DNA of 64,000 nucleotides, taken from assembly GCA_965220165.1 (NCBI GenBank), contig CBDCPJ010000054.1:321708-385707 (forward strand), given 5' to 3'. Both the position numbers and the translations under genes were made by a program. The notes beneath the pieces are model-generated. The model was given only the letters and a program-made list of their open reading frames with translations. It made no database searches and was not told the origin of the DNA. This document shows positions 52,509 through 61,413 of this stretch, one piece after another; position 1 is the first letter of the stretch, and each line of letters opens with the position of its first letter. The stretch is from Spirochaetia bacterium. Its GTDB lineage: Bacteria > Spirochaetota > Spirochaetia > G963692905.

Positions 52509-53082
52509 CCGCCTCCGCCTCTTCGATATCGGCCTGCGAAGAGGCAATCAACGCGATAACTTGCTCGGGATTGGTTAAAAACTTTACTCCTTCGGGGGGA
52601 GCGACATCGCGAACATGAATAGAGTCATGAATGTCTAAATGAGATATGTCGACATCTATAAATTCGGGGATATTGCGAGGTAAACACTCGACCTCTATAT
52701 CATGGAGCTGAGTTTCTAAAATGCCGCCCAATCTAACTCCGGGCGAAGAGCCTGTGAGTTTAATCGGGGCATGGGCGCGCAAAATTTTGCCTTGCTCGAT
52801 GGCATAAAAATCAATGTGCGTTACCGTTTCGGAAATAATATCGCGCTCATAATCTTTGAGAAGAACATCGTAATGTTCATCTCCAACTTGCAGGTCTAAG
52901 ATCATACTCTCGCTGATGCTATCAAACACATGCATAAATTGGCGCGTGTCAAGTTCGATCATAATCCGCTTGCCGCCGCCGTAGATAATTGCGGGGATCT
53001 TCCCTGCTTTACGGAGGCGCTTAACAGCGGCTTTTCTACGAGCGGTACGAGCTTCTGCCTGAATCGTCATGGTATGTTTCAT
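52468..53082 (-). CDS. rplY: 50S ribosomal protein L25 / general stress protein Ctc
   Basis: L25 N-domain (RKAGKIPAIIYGG). Ctc-type C-terminal extension with an acidic tail. Conserved rplY-pth pairing. Confidence 0.85.
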   Translation of the reverse strand: MKHTMTIQAEARTARRKAAVKRLRKAGKIPAIIYGGGKRIMIELDTRQFMHVFDSISESMILDLQVGDEHYDVLLKDYERDIISETVTHIDFYAIEQGKILRAHAPIKLTGSSPGVRLGGILETQLHDIEVECLPRNIPEFIDVDISHLDIHDSIHVRDVAPPEGVKFLTNPEQVIALIASSQADIEEAEADEEGLESPDEEQN

Positions 53083-53110
53083 CTTCTGTCTCCTTGCGAC
53101 TACGGTTTAG

Positions 53111-53183
53111 CTGGGACGGCAGGATTCGAACCTACGCATGCCGGGACCAAAACCCGGTGGCTTAACCGCTTGCCTACGTCCCA
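53111..53183 (-). tRNA. tRNA-Gln (anticodon TTG)
   Basis: Hand-folded: acceptor TGGGACG/CGTCCCA with the U1-A72 pair typical of tRNA-Gln, anticodon stem CCGGG/CCCGG with loop TTTTGGT, and T-arm GTAGG-TTCGAAT-CCTGC. Discriminator is G. Closely resembles E. coli tRNA-Gln(UUG). Confidence 0.9.
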
Positions 53184-53548
53184 TAGATAGTATTGAAAAT
53201 AATAAAGAACAATTGATATGCAAATTGCGTTCGATTGTCAAGAGCGTAAATATTGGTCGGTCGCCGGCATGAAAATCAGCGCCGACAATTTGCGGAAATA
53301 TGAAGGGATTGTATACCCTTTTGGGCGTTGCGGGCAGTTTGCGGGGCGATTTTCTTTTGGTGAGCGTTGCCCGCTGAGGGGGGGAGCGCAATAGCGCAGG
53401 GGCGCGCCCAGTGGAGCGCGAGCGAAACTGGATCAGCGCGCCCCGGTCAGCGCTATGGAGCGAGGGGGGAGACTTCCCCCAAAGGACGCGCTCGCTTGGA
53501 GAAATCGCCGAACGATTTACGAATATTTTTTTCGCAATTGAATATTGC

Positions 53549-53577
53549 TTGACAATTGGAAAAAATGATGCTATATA
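53549..53577 (+). promoter_or_regulatory. Near-consensus sigma70 promoter for rny (TTGACA-17 nt-TATATA)
   Basis: -35 TTGACA at 53549-53554, a 17-nt spacer, and -10 TATATA at 53572-53577. It is followed by a GAGGAGGA Shine-Dalgarno sequence 6 nt before the rny TTG start. Confidence 0.5.
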
Positions 53578-53607
53578 TAATTGTGGATTTTTTGAGGAGG
53601 AAGCGGT

Positions 53608-55137
53608 TTGTTAATATTTTTTTTAATTGTTCTTCCTCTGATTGGTTTAATAATTGGATGGGTACTCAGAATACTGTATGCGAAATTTCAGCTGTCGTCT
53701 GTGGAGCAAAGTATAAAAAGAGCTCTCGAAGAAGCGGAACGTGATAGTTTCGCAAAGAAAAGAGAAGTCCTGCTTGAAGGAAGAGATCAACTACAGCAAG
53801 AGCGCAAAGACCAAGAACGCGAGATGCGGGAGCGCCGCAAGGAAGTAGAGACCTATTCGCAACGCTTGAATCAAAAAGAGATGTTGCTTGATGAAAAAAG
53901 CGCTTCTCTTGAAAAACAACAGCGAGCGCTTGCAGACCGTCGGAGAAGACTTGATATAGATGAGGAGAATGTGCGCGCTTCGTTGAATAAATGGCAGAGC
54001 GCGTTGGAGCGTGTGTCGAATCTATCGGCTAAAGAGGCTAAACAGCTTATTATCGAATCGATGCGCAATAAGGCGCAATCGGAGGCTCAAGGCAATACAA
54101 AGAAGATACTCTACGAGGCCAAGATTAATGCCGAACGCCAAGCGCAAGAGGTGTTGGTTTCGGTGATGCAGCGCGTCGCTTCAGATGTTAATACCGAGGC
54201 AACCGTCGCTTCGGTGCAGATACCGAATGATGATATGAAGGGTCGTATCATTGGACGCGAGGGGCGCAATATACGTTCGCTCGAAACTGTTTCGGGAGCG
54301 GATATAATTGTCGACGATACCCCAGACGCTGTTATTGTCTCATGTTTTGACCCTATCCGCAAAGAGGTTGCTCGGCGAGCGCTGGAGCGACTCATCGCGG
54401 ATGGGAGAATTCATCCCACCAGAATTGAAGAGGTGGTGAATAAGGCGTCGAACGAGATTGGGCGCGTTATCTTTGAAAAGGGGCAAAAGGCGCTCTATGA
54501 CTTAGATATCCATGCCATGTCGGTTGACGCCATCAAAACTATAGGAAAGATGTATTTCCGCACAAGCTATGGGCAGAATCTTTTGGGGCACAGCGTGGAG
54601 GTTGCTGTCCTTGCCGGCATGATCGCGTCGGAGGTCGGCGCGGATCGAGCCGTGTCGCGGCGCGGCGGCTTGCTCCACGACATAGGAAAGGCTATCGTTA
54701 CAGATAGCGATCGAAACCATGTCGAACTTGGAGTCGATTTCGCGAAGCGCGCGGGCGAAGAGGCCAACATTATTAACTGCATCGCGGCGCACCATGGCGC
54801 TGTGCCGCATAGTTGCGTTGAATCTGTTATTGTACAGATCGCCGACGCGATTTCGGCGGCTCGTCCGGGCGCAAGGCACGAGGTTTTGGATAACTATCTT
54901 AAACGATTGGAGAATCTGGAACAGATCGCCGCGGCGTTTGAAGGGGTGCAAAATTCCTTCGCGATACAGGCGGGACGAGAGCTTCGCATTATGGTCAACA
55001 ATAATTTGGTGAGCGATGAAGATGCCGAAAAATTGGCTCAGAAAATTGCTCGCGAAATAGAGCAAAAGTTGCGCTATCCGGGACGCATCAAAGTTACTCT
55101 TATTCGAGAGAAACGCATTACGGAGTATGCTTGCTAG
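53608..55137 (+). CDS. rny: Ribonuclease Y
   Basis: N-terminal TM helix, coiled coil, KH domain (GRIIGREGRNIRSLETVSGADIIVDD) and HD domain (LLHDIGKA). Confidence 0.9.
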   Translation: MLIFFLIVLPLIGLIIGWVLRILYAKFQLSSVEQSIKRALEEAERDSFAKKREVLLEGRDQLQQERKDQEREMRERRKEVETYSQRLNQKEMLLDEKSASLEKQQRALADRRRRLDIDEENVRASLNKWQSALERVSNLSAKEAKQLIIESMRNKAQSEAQGNTKKILYEAKINAERQAQEVLVSVMQRVASDVNTEATVASVQIPNDDMKGRIIGREGRNIRSLETVSGADIIVDDTPDAVIVSCFDPIRKEVARRALERLIADGRIHPTRIEEVVNKASNEIGRVIFEKGQKALYDLDIHAMSVDAIKTIGKMYFRTSYGQNLLGHSVEVAVLAGMIASEVGADRAVSRRGGLLHDIGKAIVTDSDRNHVELGVDFAKRAGEEANIINCIAAHHGAVPHSCVESVIVQIADAISAARPGARHEVLDNYLKRLENLEQIAAAFEGVQNSFAIQAGRELRIMVNNNLVSDEDAEKLAQKIAREIEQKLRYPGRIKVTLIREKRITEYAC

Positions 55138-55150
55138 GTTATAGCGCGCT

Positions 55151-55948
55151 GTGGCGTCAAAATTAATCAATATTCTCTTTATCGGCGATATCGTCGGCAA
55201 AAGCGGAATGATTTCTGTCGTCTCAATGATTGGGGCGCTGGCTAAGCGATACCATGCCGATTGTGTCATCGTCAATGGCGAGAACGCGCATGCTGGCTAC
55301 GGGATAAATATCGACGAGGCCGGCAACCTCTTTGCCGCCGGTATTTCGGTCATCACCACCGGAAATCATGTCTGGCAACAGTCGAGCATATTTGAATACC
55401 CCGACGCTTCGAATAAAATTCTTCGCCCCGCCAACTACCCAAATGGCAATCCGGGAGAAGGGGCATGCATTGTCAACAGACGGGGTGTCGAGATTGCTGT
55501 TATTAATTTGCAGGGAAGGCGGCATTTGCCTGCTATCGATTGCCCTTTTCGCAAGGCAAAGGAGATCCTGCGCTCTCTTTCGCGCAATGTGTCGGCTATA
55601 TTTATCGATTTTCATGCGGACGATCCGTCGGAAAAGGAGGCGCTCGCGCATTTTCTTGACGGATCGGTCAGCGCTCTCTGCGGAACGCATACGCATATTC
55701 AGACTACGGACGAGAAAATACTGCCGAACGGGACAGCATATATTACGGATGTGGGGGCATGTTGCCCTCAGACGAGCGTGATAGGATTTGATGCGCAGAC
55801 AAGCGTCAAAAGGGCTTGCGAGCAAATTCCCTATAGATTTATCGCCGCGGAGGGGCCGGCGATGATCCATGGGGTGGCAATTTCAATTGATAGAGAGACG
55901 AAGCGAGCGAAGCAAATTAACCGGATACGGGAACAGTCGTCGGTGTAA
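55151..55948 (+). CDS. ymdB: YmdB-like 2',3'-cyclic-nucleotide phosphodiesterase (metallophosphoesterase, TIGR00282 family)
   Basis: ILFIGDIVG...NGENA...GNHVW metallophosphoesterase motifs. Conserved rny-ymdB pairing. Confidence 0.8.
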   Translation: MASKLINILFIGDIVGKSGMISVVSMIGALAKRYHADCVIVNGENAHAGYGINIDEAGNLFAAGISVITTGNHVWQQSSIFEYPDASNKILRPANYPNGNPGEGACIVNRRGVEIAVINLQGRRHLPAIDCPFRKAKEILRSLSRNVSAIFIDFHADDPSEKEALAHFLDGSVSALCGTHTHIQTTDEKILPNGTAYITDVGACCPQTSVIGFDAQTSVKRACEQIPYRFIAAEGPAMIHGVAISIDRETKRAKQINRIREQSSV

Positions 55949-55954
55949 TTGGCG

Positions 55955-57241
55955 CTATCCTTTAACGCTTCCGGCTGATAGTCCGCCGACAAGAAATCGT
56001 TCAAAGAAGAAGAATAACATCATAACCGGCGCGGTAATAATCATTGCTCCTGCCATAAGAAACTGGCGGGGGACCTCCTGCGAGTTGAGCGCGGCTACGC
56101 CTCTCGATAACGTGTAGATATCAGGGCTATCCAGAAACATAAAAGCGAAAAGAAATTCGTTCCACGCGATCATAAATACGTAGAGGGCTACGGAGGCAAT
56201 CGCAGGCATGCTGAGAGGAACGACAATGCGCCAGATAACGCCAATTCTGGAACATCCATCTATAATTCCCGCCTCTTCTATGTCGCGAGGCAACGTCTTA
56301 AAATACCCGCGCAACATGTAGAGCGCGACCGGAATGGTCATAGCGGGATAGACAATTAATAACCCTGCCAGCGTGTTGCGAAGTTGCAACTGGGTAAAAA
56401 CGCTATAGAGCGGTATAACCAATACGATGGCGGGGAATAGATATATAAGAAGAATAGAGTTGGAAAGCAGTTGCCTTCCCCGAAATCGCAGCCGAGTGAC
56501 TGCGTAGGCGCCAAGCGTCGAGGGTATAAGAGTAAGAAGAACGGTAAGCGATGAGACTAAAGAGCTGTTAAATACATAGCGGCCAAAATTAAAGGCGCTC
56601 CACACTTCGCGATATCCCAACGTAAGTTTTTCCCAACCATCTTGAAACGGAATGATCAGTCGGGTGGGATTTTGCAATATCGCGCTTCTTGGAGTTACGC
56701 TTGAGACCAGAAGAAAATAAAATGGAATAAAAACAAGCGAGATAAAGAAGAAAAATCCTATGCCGCGAAAAAGCCGAGCGATAATAATCCCATTCTGTGT
56801 TTTATCATCGTATGCGATTTTATGGTAGAGTCGCATGGTAGCGAGCTGGGATAAGAGTATGCTAACGGGCAACGCGACAATAAGCCATAGCGAAGGGCCG
56901 CTCGCTATCGTAGAAGGTCCTGACTCTGTGTTGCCCGAACTAATTGCGAGAAAACTGGCGACAACGGCAGTATGTATAATTACTACGATGGCGACGCTGG
57001 TAATACGATAGGATGAGTGTCGAAGGAGATAGCGCGACCAGCTAAAAAGCGCGCCCGAAACCGCGTATATAGCGACGACGCCGAATGGTATTGGGGCGTC
57101 TCCGCCTATCGTAAGCGAACTAACCGACCATAGCGTCCCAAAAAATGATGCGTAACATAACGCGCCCAATAGCAGACTGGGAAGCGTTGGCGGAATAAGG
57201 TTTCCGCGTATTGTAGGGCCTATTAGTCGCGAGCTACGCAT
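55955..57241 (-). CDS. Carbohydrate ABC transporter permease (MalG/UgpE-like) with ~130-aa N-terminal membrane extension
   Basis: EAA-loop region (EEAGIIDGCSRIGVIWRIVVPLSMPAIASV). 428 aa, whereas ~280 aa is typical for this family. Confidence 0.85.
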   Translation of the reverse strand: MRSSRLIGPTIRGNLIPPTLPSLLLGALCYASFFGTLWSVSSLTIGGDAPIPFGVVAIYAVSGALFSWSRYLLRHSSYRITSVAIVVIIHTAVVASFLAISSGNTESGPSTIASGPSLWLIVALPVSILLSQLATMRLYHKIAYDDKTQNGIIIARLFRGIGFFFFISLVFIPFYFLLVSSVTPRSAILQNPTRLIIPFQDGWEKLTLGYREVWSAFNFGRYVFNSSLVSSLTVLLTLIPSTLGAYAVTRLRFRGRQLLSNSILLIYLFPAIVLVIPLYSVFTQLQLRNTLAGLLIVYPAMTIPVALYMLRGYFKTLPRDIEEAGIIDGCSRIGVIWRIVVPLSMPAIASVALYVFMIAWNEFLFAFMFLDSPDIYTLSRGVAALNSQEVPRQFLMAGAMIITAPVMMLFFFFERFLVGGLSAGSVKG

Positions 57242-58460
57242 CAGAACGATCTATCTTAGCGATTACCAGCCCGAGCAACAAGACCAGTATGACAAAAAGA
57301 ACCACGGCGCTGGAGGCTCCCGTCCCAATATTCCCTAGACCTATCGCATTTTCATAGACTTGAATAGGGAGGGTTTGCGTGCCCGCCGCTCCGCCAGTGA
57401 GCAAAAAAATGTCGTCAAAACGATTGAATGTCCAAATAAATCGCAACGTAAAAATAGTAACAATAACCGTTTTTAAATGGGGCAACGTTATCGCGAAAAA
57501 CTGTCTTATATTTCCCGCCCCGTCAATCTGCGCAGATTCATAGAGAGGTTTTGATATCGCCTGTAATCGCGATAGAATAAATAGATAGGCAAATGGAAAA
57601 TAGCGCCATGCGTCAAAAAGGATGACCACGGGCATCGCCGAAGAGCGGCTGGTAAGAAATGGAATTGGTTCGTCGATAAGATTATATCGCAACAAAAGTT
57701 GATTAATAAATCCGCTAATTGGATCGAGTAAAAATACTATCGTAAAGGTGGCCGCGATTATGGGGGTGATATACGAAAATAGCAACAAGCCTCGAACCAT
57801 TCCGCGTAACGGAAATGTTCTATTGACCAATAACGCGGCGAATAGCCCCAAAATAATGGCGCCAATTGAGCCTCCGAATGAGTAGAGTATCGTATTGAGA
57901 AGCGTGGGCGCAAAATTTCGATCGCTGATGACGACGCGGTAATTGTCAAGCGTGAATCTCAAATTAGTCAAAACATTGTCCGCTACGAAACGAAATTGCG
58001 GCTCGCTATTTTCCAATCGAGCGATGACGGCGTCTATATCGTTAATCGAAGACATCCCAAAATACAGTGTAAATGTTTTAGAATAGTTCGGTTCCCATTG
58101 ATTAAAATCCGCGCGAATCGCCCCGCCCTCAACGCGAAATGGCTCCGGTATCGTTATGGGCGATAGCTGTTCGGGAAGAACATCTGTCAAAACAATATTA
58201 TTTATCGCGCTAACAGCGCTGGTATTTCTCAGACGATAGCGAATGCTAACGGATGATTGACCATCTACATCGATCTGCCGCGCCTGTTCTCGGACTAATG
58301 GTCGCGGCGGGCGCAGATCGCCCAGCCGGACTGGTTTAAAACTTATCCAAAAATTCATCGCGACAGGAAAAATAACGATAGAAATCACAATGAAAAAAGC
58401 GGGCAGGAGCAACCAAAAAGCGAGACGCGCCTCTTGACGCTCAATAGATAAACGCGCCAT
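57234..58460 (-). CDS. Carbohydrate ABC transporter permease (MalF/UgpA-like) with large periplasmic loop after TM1
   Basis: EAA-loop (YESAQIDGAGNIRQFFAITLPHLK). Overlaps the downstream permease gene by 8 nt. Confidence 0.85.
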   Translation of the reverse strand: MARLSIERQEARLAFWLLLPAFFIVISIVIFPVAMNFWISFKPVRLGDLRPPRPLVREQARQIDVDGQSSVSIRYRLRNTSAVSAINNIVLTDVLPEQLSPITIPEPFRVEGGAIRADFNQWEPNYSKTFTLYFGMSSINDIDAVIARLENSEPQFRFVADNVLTNLRFTLDNYRVVISDRNFAPTLLNTILYSFGGSIGAIILGLFAALLVNRTFPLRGMVRGLLLFSYITPIIAATFTIVFLLDPISGFINQLLLRYNLIDEPIPFLTSRSSAMPVVILFDAWRYFPFAYLFILSRLQAISKPLYESAQIDGAGNIRQFFAITLPHLKTVIVTIFTLRFIWTFNRFDDIFLLTGGAAGTQTLPIQVYENAIGLGNIGTGASSAVVLFVILVLLLGLVIAKIDRSDA

Positions 58461-58528
58461 ATATATTCCCGATAAAGTATATAAACGTAGAGAGCTTCAC
58501 CCTCTACGTTTATAACTACTTTCAAGAG

Positions 58529-59905
58529 TTACTGACTCTGCAGCGCCTCAATTTCACTCTGCGCTTCGTTTGCAATTTCGGCTACGCTCGCTTCTCCATC
58601 GATAAGTCTCCGAATCGCTTGAGAAAAGACCATAGTATCGTAGATTTTCGCTATGAGATCTCCATATCCCTTATCAAAGCCCCATCTGCTACCGCGATCA
58701 AGGCCTTCGACAACATTGTTGATAACCTCGGGAGCATAGAGATCGGACAATTTTGCCCTGCGATCAACCCCCACCTCTAGATTAGCCCATTCATCAACAA
58801 ATCGACGAGGGTTATTTTGGTCTCCTCGACGCACAGGAAATTTTCCTTCGGGAGCGATTGCGAGAGTCTGCGTATATCCTTCGTTCAACGAAAATTCCAC
58901 AAACGATTGAGCCGCGACTTCATCCGCATCCGCGGTAACGACGAGATATCGTATATCTGAGTATCCCGATCCATTGGGATTGTCCGGGCCGCTGATACGG
59001 GTAAGAAAATCTGTTCGCGATGCGAGTTCTCGGCTTTCTGGATCTTCGTCATAAGTTACCGGCGCGCTGTCTCGAAGCCCTGCGAGTTCGTCCATAATAA
59101 ATGGCGACCATACAATCATCGCCGCGTTTCCAGCAAGATAGAGTTCGCGAGATTGTTGCCAGTAAAGATTGCCTGGGGGGCTCGCTTCAGCCAATATTGT
59201 ATAGAAATCAAGCGCCGCGCGCATTTCTGGCGTATCCACCGAGATATTTCCGTTGTCATCGACAACGCTTGCGCCATTAGCTAACGAGAGGTGCTCAAAT
59301 ACCTGCATCATGTAAGCTTGGCTTGGATCGGTGGCGGCGACAAACCCATAAAGATTGGGCGGGTCATGCAGCACTTCGATGGCCCGTTCAATATCGGCGT
59401 AGGTACGAGGCGGACGCAAATTATTGGCGTCGAAAAGATCTTTGCGATAGACTAACAGCTGTGTCCATCCGTCTACAGGAACCGCGCCGTATCTTCCTCC
59501 AGGCTGTTCTATCAGTTCAAGGCTCCCCGAAGCGAATGTGTCCGCTCCAAGCGATTGTATCGCGTCGGTCGCGGCATCTATATTCGCAATACCGCTCGTA
59601 GCCCAGTTAACAGCATCTTTGAGGGGAGCATATATAACATCGGGCAGATCTCCCGCTCCAAATGCGGCGGTCGCGCGAGCGGCAAGATCATTTTCTTCCA
59701 CTGGCACTACCTCTACCTCTATGCCGGTTTTTTCAAAAAAATCGGCCGCGATGCTCTCCTGCACTTCGATGCGCTCGGGTTGATTCTCCGTTGTCCAAAG
59801 CGTCAAGATTGCCTGATCTTTATCCATCATCTGTTCATCTTGTCCGCCCGAAAATAGCGGGCTGCTCAATGAAATAAACAGCAAAACTATAACTAATTCT
59901 CTCAT
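58529..59905 (-). CDS. ABC transporter extracellular solute-binding protein (family 1, sugar-type)
   Basis: Signal peptide. SBP_bac_1-like architecture. Immediately upstream of the two permease genes. Confidence 0.8.
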   Translation of the reverse strand: MRELVIVLLFISLSSPLFSGGQDEQMMDKDQAILTLWTTENQPERIEVQESIAADFFEKTGIEVEVVPVEENDLAARATAAFGAGDLPDVIYAPLKDAVNWATSGIANIDAATDAIQSLGADTFASGSLELIEQPGGRYGAVPVDGWTQLLVYRKDLFDANNLRPPRTYADIERAIEVLHDPPNLYGFVAATDPSQAYMMQVFEHLSLANGASVVDDNGNISVDTPEMRAALDFYTILAEASPPGNLYWQQSRELYLAGNAAMIVWSPFIMDELAGLRDSAPVTYDEDPESRELASRTDFLTRISGPDNPNGSGYSDIRYLVVTADADEVAAQSFVEFSLNEGYTQTLAIAPEGKFPVRRGDQNNPRRFVDEWANLEVGVDRRAKLSDLYAPEVINNVVEGLDRGSRWGFDKGYGDLIAKIYDTMVFSQAIRRLIDGEASVAEIANEAQSEIEALQSQ

Positions 59906-59954
59906 AGATCCTCCTTAATATAAATTTAATAGTGTCCTAATATTATATCTAGCG

Positions 59955-61343
59955 CTATCTGCTGTCAAGACTCACCGCCTCTAACTCGGCTTGCAGTATT
60001 CGCAACGCTTCGTCGATATCGATATCTCCGTCAATATAACGGCGTATAGACTCGGCAAATATGCTTATGTTACTGTCGCCGGTTATTATATCGCCATATC
60101 CTTTGGAATAGCCCCACCTACTTCCGCTATTTAGCCCTTCCGCCACATTGTCGATAGCCTCGGGAGAATAGAGCTCCGCGAGCTTCGCTTTGCGATCTAC
60201 TCCCATTTCTAGAGACGTCCATTCATCGATAAATCGGCGAGGATCATCACGATCTCCTCTCCTAGCCGGAAATTTTTCTTCGGGGGCGACCGAAAAAATT
60301 TGCGAATAGGCGTCCTCCATAGAAAACTCGACAAATTCGCGCGCCTCTCGTTCAGAAGCATCTATGGTTATGATAAAGTAGCGCGTATCCGAATATCCCG
60401 ATCCCGCGGGATTGCTTGGCCCATTTATACGCGTAAGAAAATCGGTTCTTGCGGCCAATTCGCGGCTTGTTGGATCGCCGTCAAAAGTGACTGGAACGCT
60501 GTTTCTTAACCCTGCCAATTCATCCATAATAGATGGGTGCCAGACAATCATGGCCGCTCGTCCCGCAAGATATAGTTCGCGAGACTGTTGCCAGTAAAGA
60601 TTTCCGGGAGGACTGACGCGCGCTAAATCGCTGTAAAATTCAAGCGTCTCGCGCATTTCTGGGGTATCGACGACGATCATCCCCGCGTTGTCGATAATAT
60701 CCACCCCATTGGCCAGAGCGAAATGCTCGAATACTTGCGTCATATAGGCTTGATTAGGATCGGTCGCCGCGATAAATCCGTAGAGTAGCGGGGGGTTATG
60801 CAATACCTGGATCGCTCGGCGAATGTCGCTGTATGAGCGCGGAGGACGCAACCCATTACGATCGAATATGTCCTTGCGATAGACCAACAGTTGCGTCCAC
60901 CCATCAACAGGAACGGCTCCATAGTCGCCGTTTTCCGTTTCTGCCAGCGCAAGCGCGGACGACGCAAATGTATGAGCGCCAAGGCGAAGAATGAGACTAT
61001 GGGAAACGTCGGTATTTGCCACGCCCGATCGAATAAATCGGGCGGTATCTTTCAGCGGGGCGTAGATAACATCGGGCAACGATTGCTCTTCTCGAGCCAT
61101 CGCGACGCGCGTCGCTATATCGCCATCCGCGATAGAAACCACCACCATTTTTGTTCCAAATTGATCAAAAAAATCATCCGCGATTTTTTGTTGCGTTTGT
61201 ACATGATCAGGTTGCGTCTCTGTTGTCCATAATACAATTTCTTCGGCCCTGGAAGCGCACCCTTGGATGATGAGCAATGCGGAGCAACAGATGATCGTTA
61301 TGAATCGAAGCGCCTGCTGTATCGATATTGAGTAGATCGCCAA
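59955..61343 (-). CDS. ABC transporter solute-binding lipoprotein, tandem paralog of the 58529..59905 gene
   Basis: Long blocks are shared with the neighbouring SBP (YAPLKD; GAVPVDGWTQLLVYRKD; LRPPR.Y.DI.RAI.VLH.PP.LYGF.AATDP.QAYM.QVFEH). Lipobox LLIIQGC. Start proposed at the TTG at 61343; the tracked ORF start has no signal-peptide logic. Confidence 0.75.
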   Translation of the reverse strand: MAIYSISIQQALRFITIICCSALLIIQGCASRAEEIVLWTTETQPDHVQTQQKIADDFFDQFGTKMVVVSIADGDIATRVAMAREEQSLPDVIYAPLKDTARFIRSGVANTDVSHSLILRLGAHTFASSALALAETENGDYGAVPVDGWTQLLVYRKDIFDRNGLRPPRSYSDIRRAIQVLHNPPLLYGFIAATDPNQAYMTQVFEHFALANGVDIIDNAGMIVVDTPEMRETLEFYSDLARVSPPGNLYWQQSRELYLAGRAAMIVWHPSIMDELAGLRNSVPVTFDGDPTSRELAARTDFLTRINGPSNPAGSGYSDTRYFIITIDASEREAREFVEFSMEDAYSQIFSVAPEEKFPARRGDRDDPRRFIDEWTSLEMGVDRKAKLAELYSPEAIDNVAEGLNSGSRWGYSKGYGDIITGDSNISIFAESIRRYIDGDIDIDEALRILQAELEAVSLDSR

Positions 61344-61413
61344 ACCAACGAAATAATATCTAACAATGTGAAAATATACAAGTCTGTTGACGATATATCC
61401 TTGTCTATTATAA

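Noticed and set aside
54502-55870. Minus-strand ORFs of 257 aa and 215 aa overlapping rny and ymdB
   Set aside because: Antisense to two conserved genes with clear motifs. No recognisable domains.
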